In this document: in pieces, positions 62,393 through 64,000 of the stretch
Numbering within the stretch: position 1 is the stretch's first letter
Layout: each line of letters starts with the position of its first letter
Source: Gammaproteobacteria bacterium
GTDB taxonomy: Bacteria; Pseudomonadota; Gammaproteobacteria; CBDBNL01; JAAOII01
DNA length: 64,000 nt
Direction of reading: 5' to 3'
Assembly: GCA_965209035.1 (NCBI GenBank)
Contig: OZ242372.1
Span: forward strand, 1,024,001 to 1,088,000
The notes under the pieces: generated by a model
Told to the model about the DNA's origin: nothing
The model's database searches: none
The model's input: only the letters and a program-made list of their open reading frames with translations
Translations under genes and position numbers: made by a program

Positions 62393-62413
62393 CCCACCGC
62401 CACCCCCAAATAA
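61358..62413 (+). CDS. IS481-family DDE transposase (reads through the right IR)
   Basis: Same motifs as copy 1; true start may be ATG at 61418 or 61448. Confidence 0.9.
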   Translation: MEMRGTRLRYIGYRVRGFNKMVVLANKYSNMSKTTKIKLDTLAFARKHGVAAALDHAGISRATFYEWQRRFREGGVDELANNYGYQPKRSNTWPPALIDKIRSWRQERPNIGPNKLVCLLPEWCQQQGLPAPSRSTIARIIADAPGKMRHQSSLTEQKNPRQGAPRERKDICFVAGRRGECVAFDTLVRIVDGRRFYWHVGIDLFSRIALVHVDTSAASASSARLFTAMQNILGTRIEKVLTDNGSEFAKDFHRVVTANGSTHWYTYPRKPQMNAHCERFNRTLWEEFGCHMRHLLVKDMPAFNAKLIEWLAWYNLERPHYALKQLSPIQFLQKQQKSRNGWDHTPTATPK

Positions 62414-62472
62414 AAGATGTTATAATAAACACTCTTTTATTCTTACAACTACTTTATTGAGGTACTATTTAT

Positions 62473-62925
62473 ATGAAAACAAAAGTTTCTATGCTTATTT
62501 ATTTTCTTCTCGTGCTCGGCTTTTTCACGAACGGGATCACCACTCTGGTCGGTTTAATCTTGGCATATATTTTTGCCGGTGATGCCGCTGCGGAAGAGAA
62601 AACACACTATACTTATCAAATCCGCGGTTTCTGGATCTTTCTCCTTTATGCGGTCATCCTGTCGGTTATCTCTCTCATTCTCGCCTTGATCCTGTTGGGT
62701 CCGGCGTGGTTTGTTGAGATTGTCCCACTGGTGGAAGCCTGGGATAACCGAGGCGGGCCAGACGGTATACAGTTCGTCGAAGAATATATCGGTTTTGGCT
62801 ATCTTGTTGGTATTCTGTCTCCCTTCTTGCTGCTGCTCCTATTCGCTATCGGTCGTTTCATCAAAGGCATCCGACTTCTAATGAAGAAACAGCCTGTTTC
62901 CAACCCGAAAACCTGGTTAATTTGA
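62473..62925 (+). CDS. Four-TM membrane protein (DUF4870-like), copy 1
   Basis: GFFTNGITTLVGLILAY, THYTYQIRGFW, R.IKG..L....PV.NPKTWL; GAGG RBS. Confidence 0.8.
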   Translation: MKTKVSMLIYFLLVLGFFTNGITTLVGLILAYIFAGDAAAEEKTHYTYQIRGFWIFLLYAVILSVISLILALILLGPAWFVEIVPLVEAWDNRGGPDGIQFVEEYIGFGYLVGILSPFLLLLLFAIGRFIKGIRLLMKKQPVSNPKTWLI

Positions 62926-62991
62926 TTTAGAAAAGATATTACAATAAACATTCTTTTATTCTTACAACTACTTTATTGAGGTACTATTTAT

Positions 62992-63462
62992 ATGAAAACA
63001 AAAGTTTCTATGCTTATTTATTTTCTTCTCGTGCTCGGCTTTTTCACGAACGGGATCACCACTCTGGTCGGTTTAATCTTGGCATATATTTTTGCCGGCG
63101 ATGCCGCTGCGGAAGAGAAAACACACTATACTTATCAAATCCGCGGTTTCTGGATCTTTCTCCTTTATGCGATCATCCTGTCGGTCATCTCTCTCATTCT
63201 CGCCTTGATCCTGTTGGGTCCGGCGTGGTTTGAGTTCGCCCAACTGACGGAAACCTGGGATAACCGAGGACCCGGACAGCATCCTTGGGACAGATCAGAC
63301 AGGGTGTGGTTTGTCAGAGAATATATCGGCATCGGCAACTTTGTCGGCGTGTTTTTCTCTTTCCTGCTACTGCCCCTATTCGCTATCGGTCGTTTCATCA
63401 AAGGCATCCGACTTCTAATGAAGAAACAGCCTGTTTCCAACCCGAAAACCTGGTTAATTTGA
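62992..63462 (+). CDS. Four-TM membrane protein (DUF4870-like), copy 2
   Basis: Tandem paralogue with a longer, divergent central loop. Confidence 0.8.
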   Translation: MKTKVSMLIYFLLVLGFFTNGITTLVGLILAYIFAGDAAAEEKTHYTYQIRGFWIFLLYAIILSVISLILALILLGPAWFEFAQLTETWDNRGPGQHPWDRSDRVWFVREYIGIGNFVGVFFSFLLLPLFAIGRFIKGIRLLMKKQPVSNPKTWLI

Positions 63463-63528
63463 TTTAGAAAAGATATTACAATAAACATTCTTTTATTCTT
63501 ACAACTACTTTATTGAGGTACTATTTAT

Positions 63529-63981
63529 ATGAAAACAAAAGTTTCTATGCTTATTTATTTTCTTCTCGTGCTTGGCTTTTTCACGAACGGGATCACCACT
63601 CTGGTCGGTTTAATCTTGGCATATATTTTTGCCGGTGATGCCGGCGCGGAAGAGAAAACACACTATACTTATCAAATCCGCGGTTTCTGGATCTTTCTCC
63701 TTTATGCGGCCATCCTGTCGGTCATCTTTCTCATTCTCGCCTTGATCCTGTTGGGTCCGGCGTGGTTTGTTGAGTTTGCCCAACTGGCGCAAACCCGGGA
63801 TAACCGAGGCGGACCCGGCGGCATGTGGTTCGTCAGAGAATATATCGGCATCGGCAACTTTGTCGGCGTATTTTTCCCTTTCCTGCTACTGCCCCTATTC
63901 GCTATCGGTCGTTTCATCAAAGGCATCCGACTTCTGATGAAGAAACAGCCTGTTTCCAACCCGAAAACCTGGTTAATTTGA
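63529..63981 (+). CDS. Four-TM membrane protein (DUF4870-like), copy 3
   Basis: Tandem paralogue with near-identical termini and upstream sequence. Confidence 0.8.
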   Translation: MKTKVSMLIYFLLVLGFFTNGITTLVGLILAYIFAGDAGAEEKTHYTYQIRGFWIFLLYAAILSVIFLILALILLGPAWFVEFAQLAQTRDNRGGPGGMWFVREYIGIGNFVGVFFPFLLLPLFAIGRFIKGIRLLMKKQPVSNPKTWLI

Positions 63982-64000
63982 TTTGATTTAAATGCGAGTT

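Noticed and set aside
62473-63981. Diversity-generating retroelement target/template pair
   Set aside because: No reverse transcriptase in the window; differences include indels and non-adenine changes, and all copies are full genes.

Overview
A GC-rich bacterial chromosomal window; the gene content (argA with fused kinase+GNAT domains, kefB/C, pilD-coaE, ccmBCDE, smc) points to a proteobacterium, and the many FN3/GLUG surface proteins, restriction-modification (RM) genes and local duplications suggest a host-associated lifestyle (inference only). The housekeeping backbone is purD, tRNA-Thr, a ParA-family ATPase, ccmBCDE, gpmI, argA, trpD, kefB/C, uvrA, ribB, smc, coaE, pilD, galU, rluC and crcB. 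Accessory DNA comprises: (i) four full-length and two 5'-truncated FN3/Asp-rich/GLUG-repeat lipoprotein genes, including a locus (48.4-54.9 kb) where two promoterless C-terminal halves are fused back-to-back between two outward-facing complete paralogues, and a C16 tract in the leader of another paralogue; (ii) two DNA-modification islands, one pairing two amino-methyltransferases with an HhH-GPD/Fe-S glycosylase-like protein, the other holding four methyltransferases and three restriction-type nucleases; (iii) a split catabolic cluster (HisD/HpsN-like, SDR, double SnoaL, ABC solute-binding protein, double cupin, MetE-like, hydrolase); (iv) two IS481-family copies with 5-bp target duplications; (v) tandem Bor-like lipoproteins and three tandem membrane proteins with a hypervariable loop. 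Tandem duplications from about 7 to 540 bp are common and often centred on start or stop codons; one creates a translationally coupled repeat ORF between ccmE and gpmI. All calls are from reading the sequence and recalled family motifs; no searches were run.
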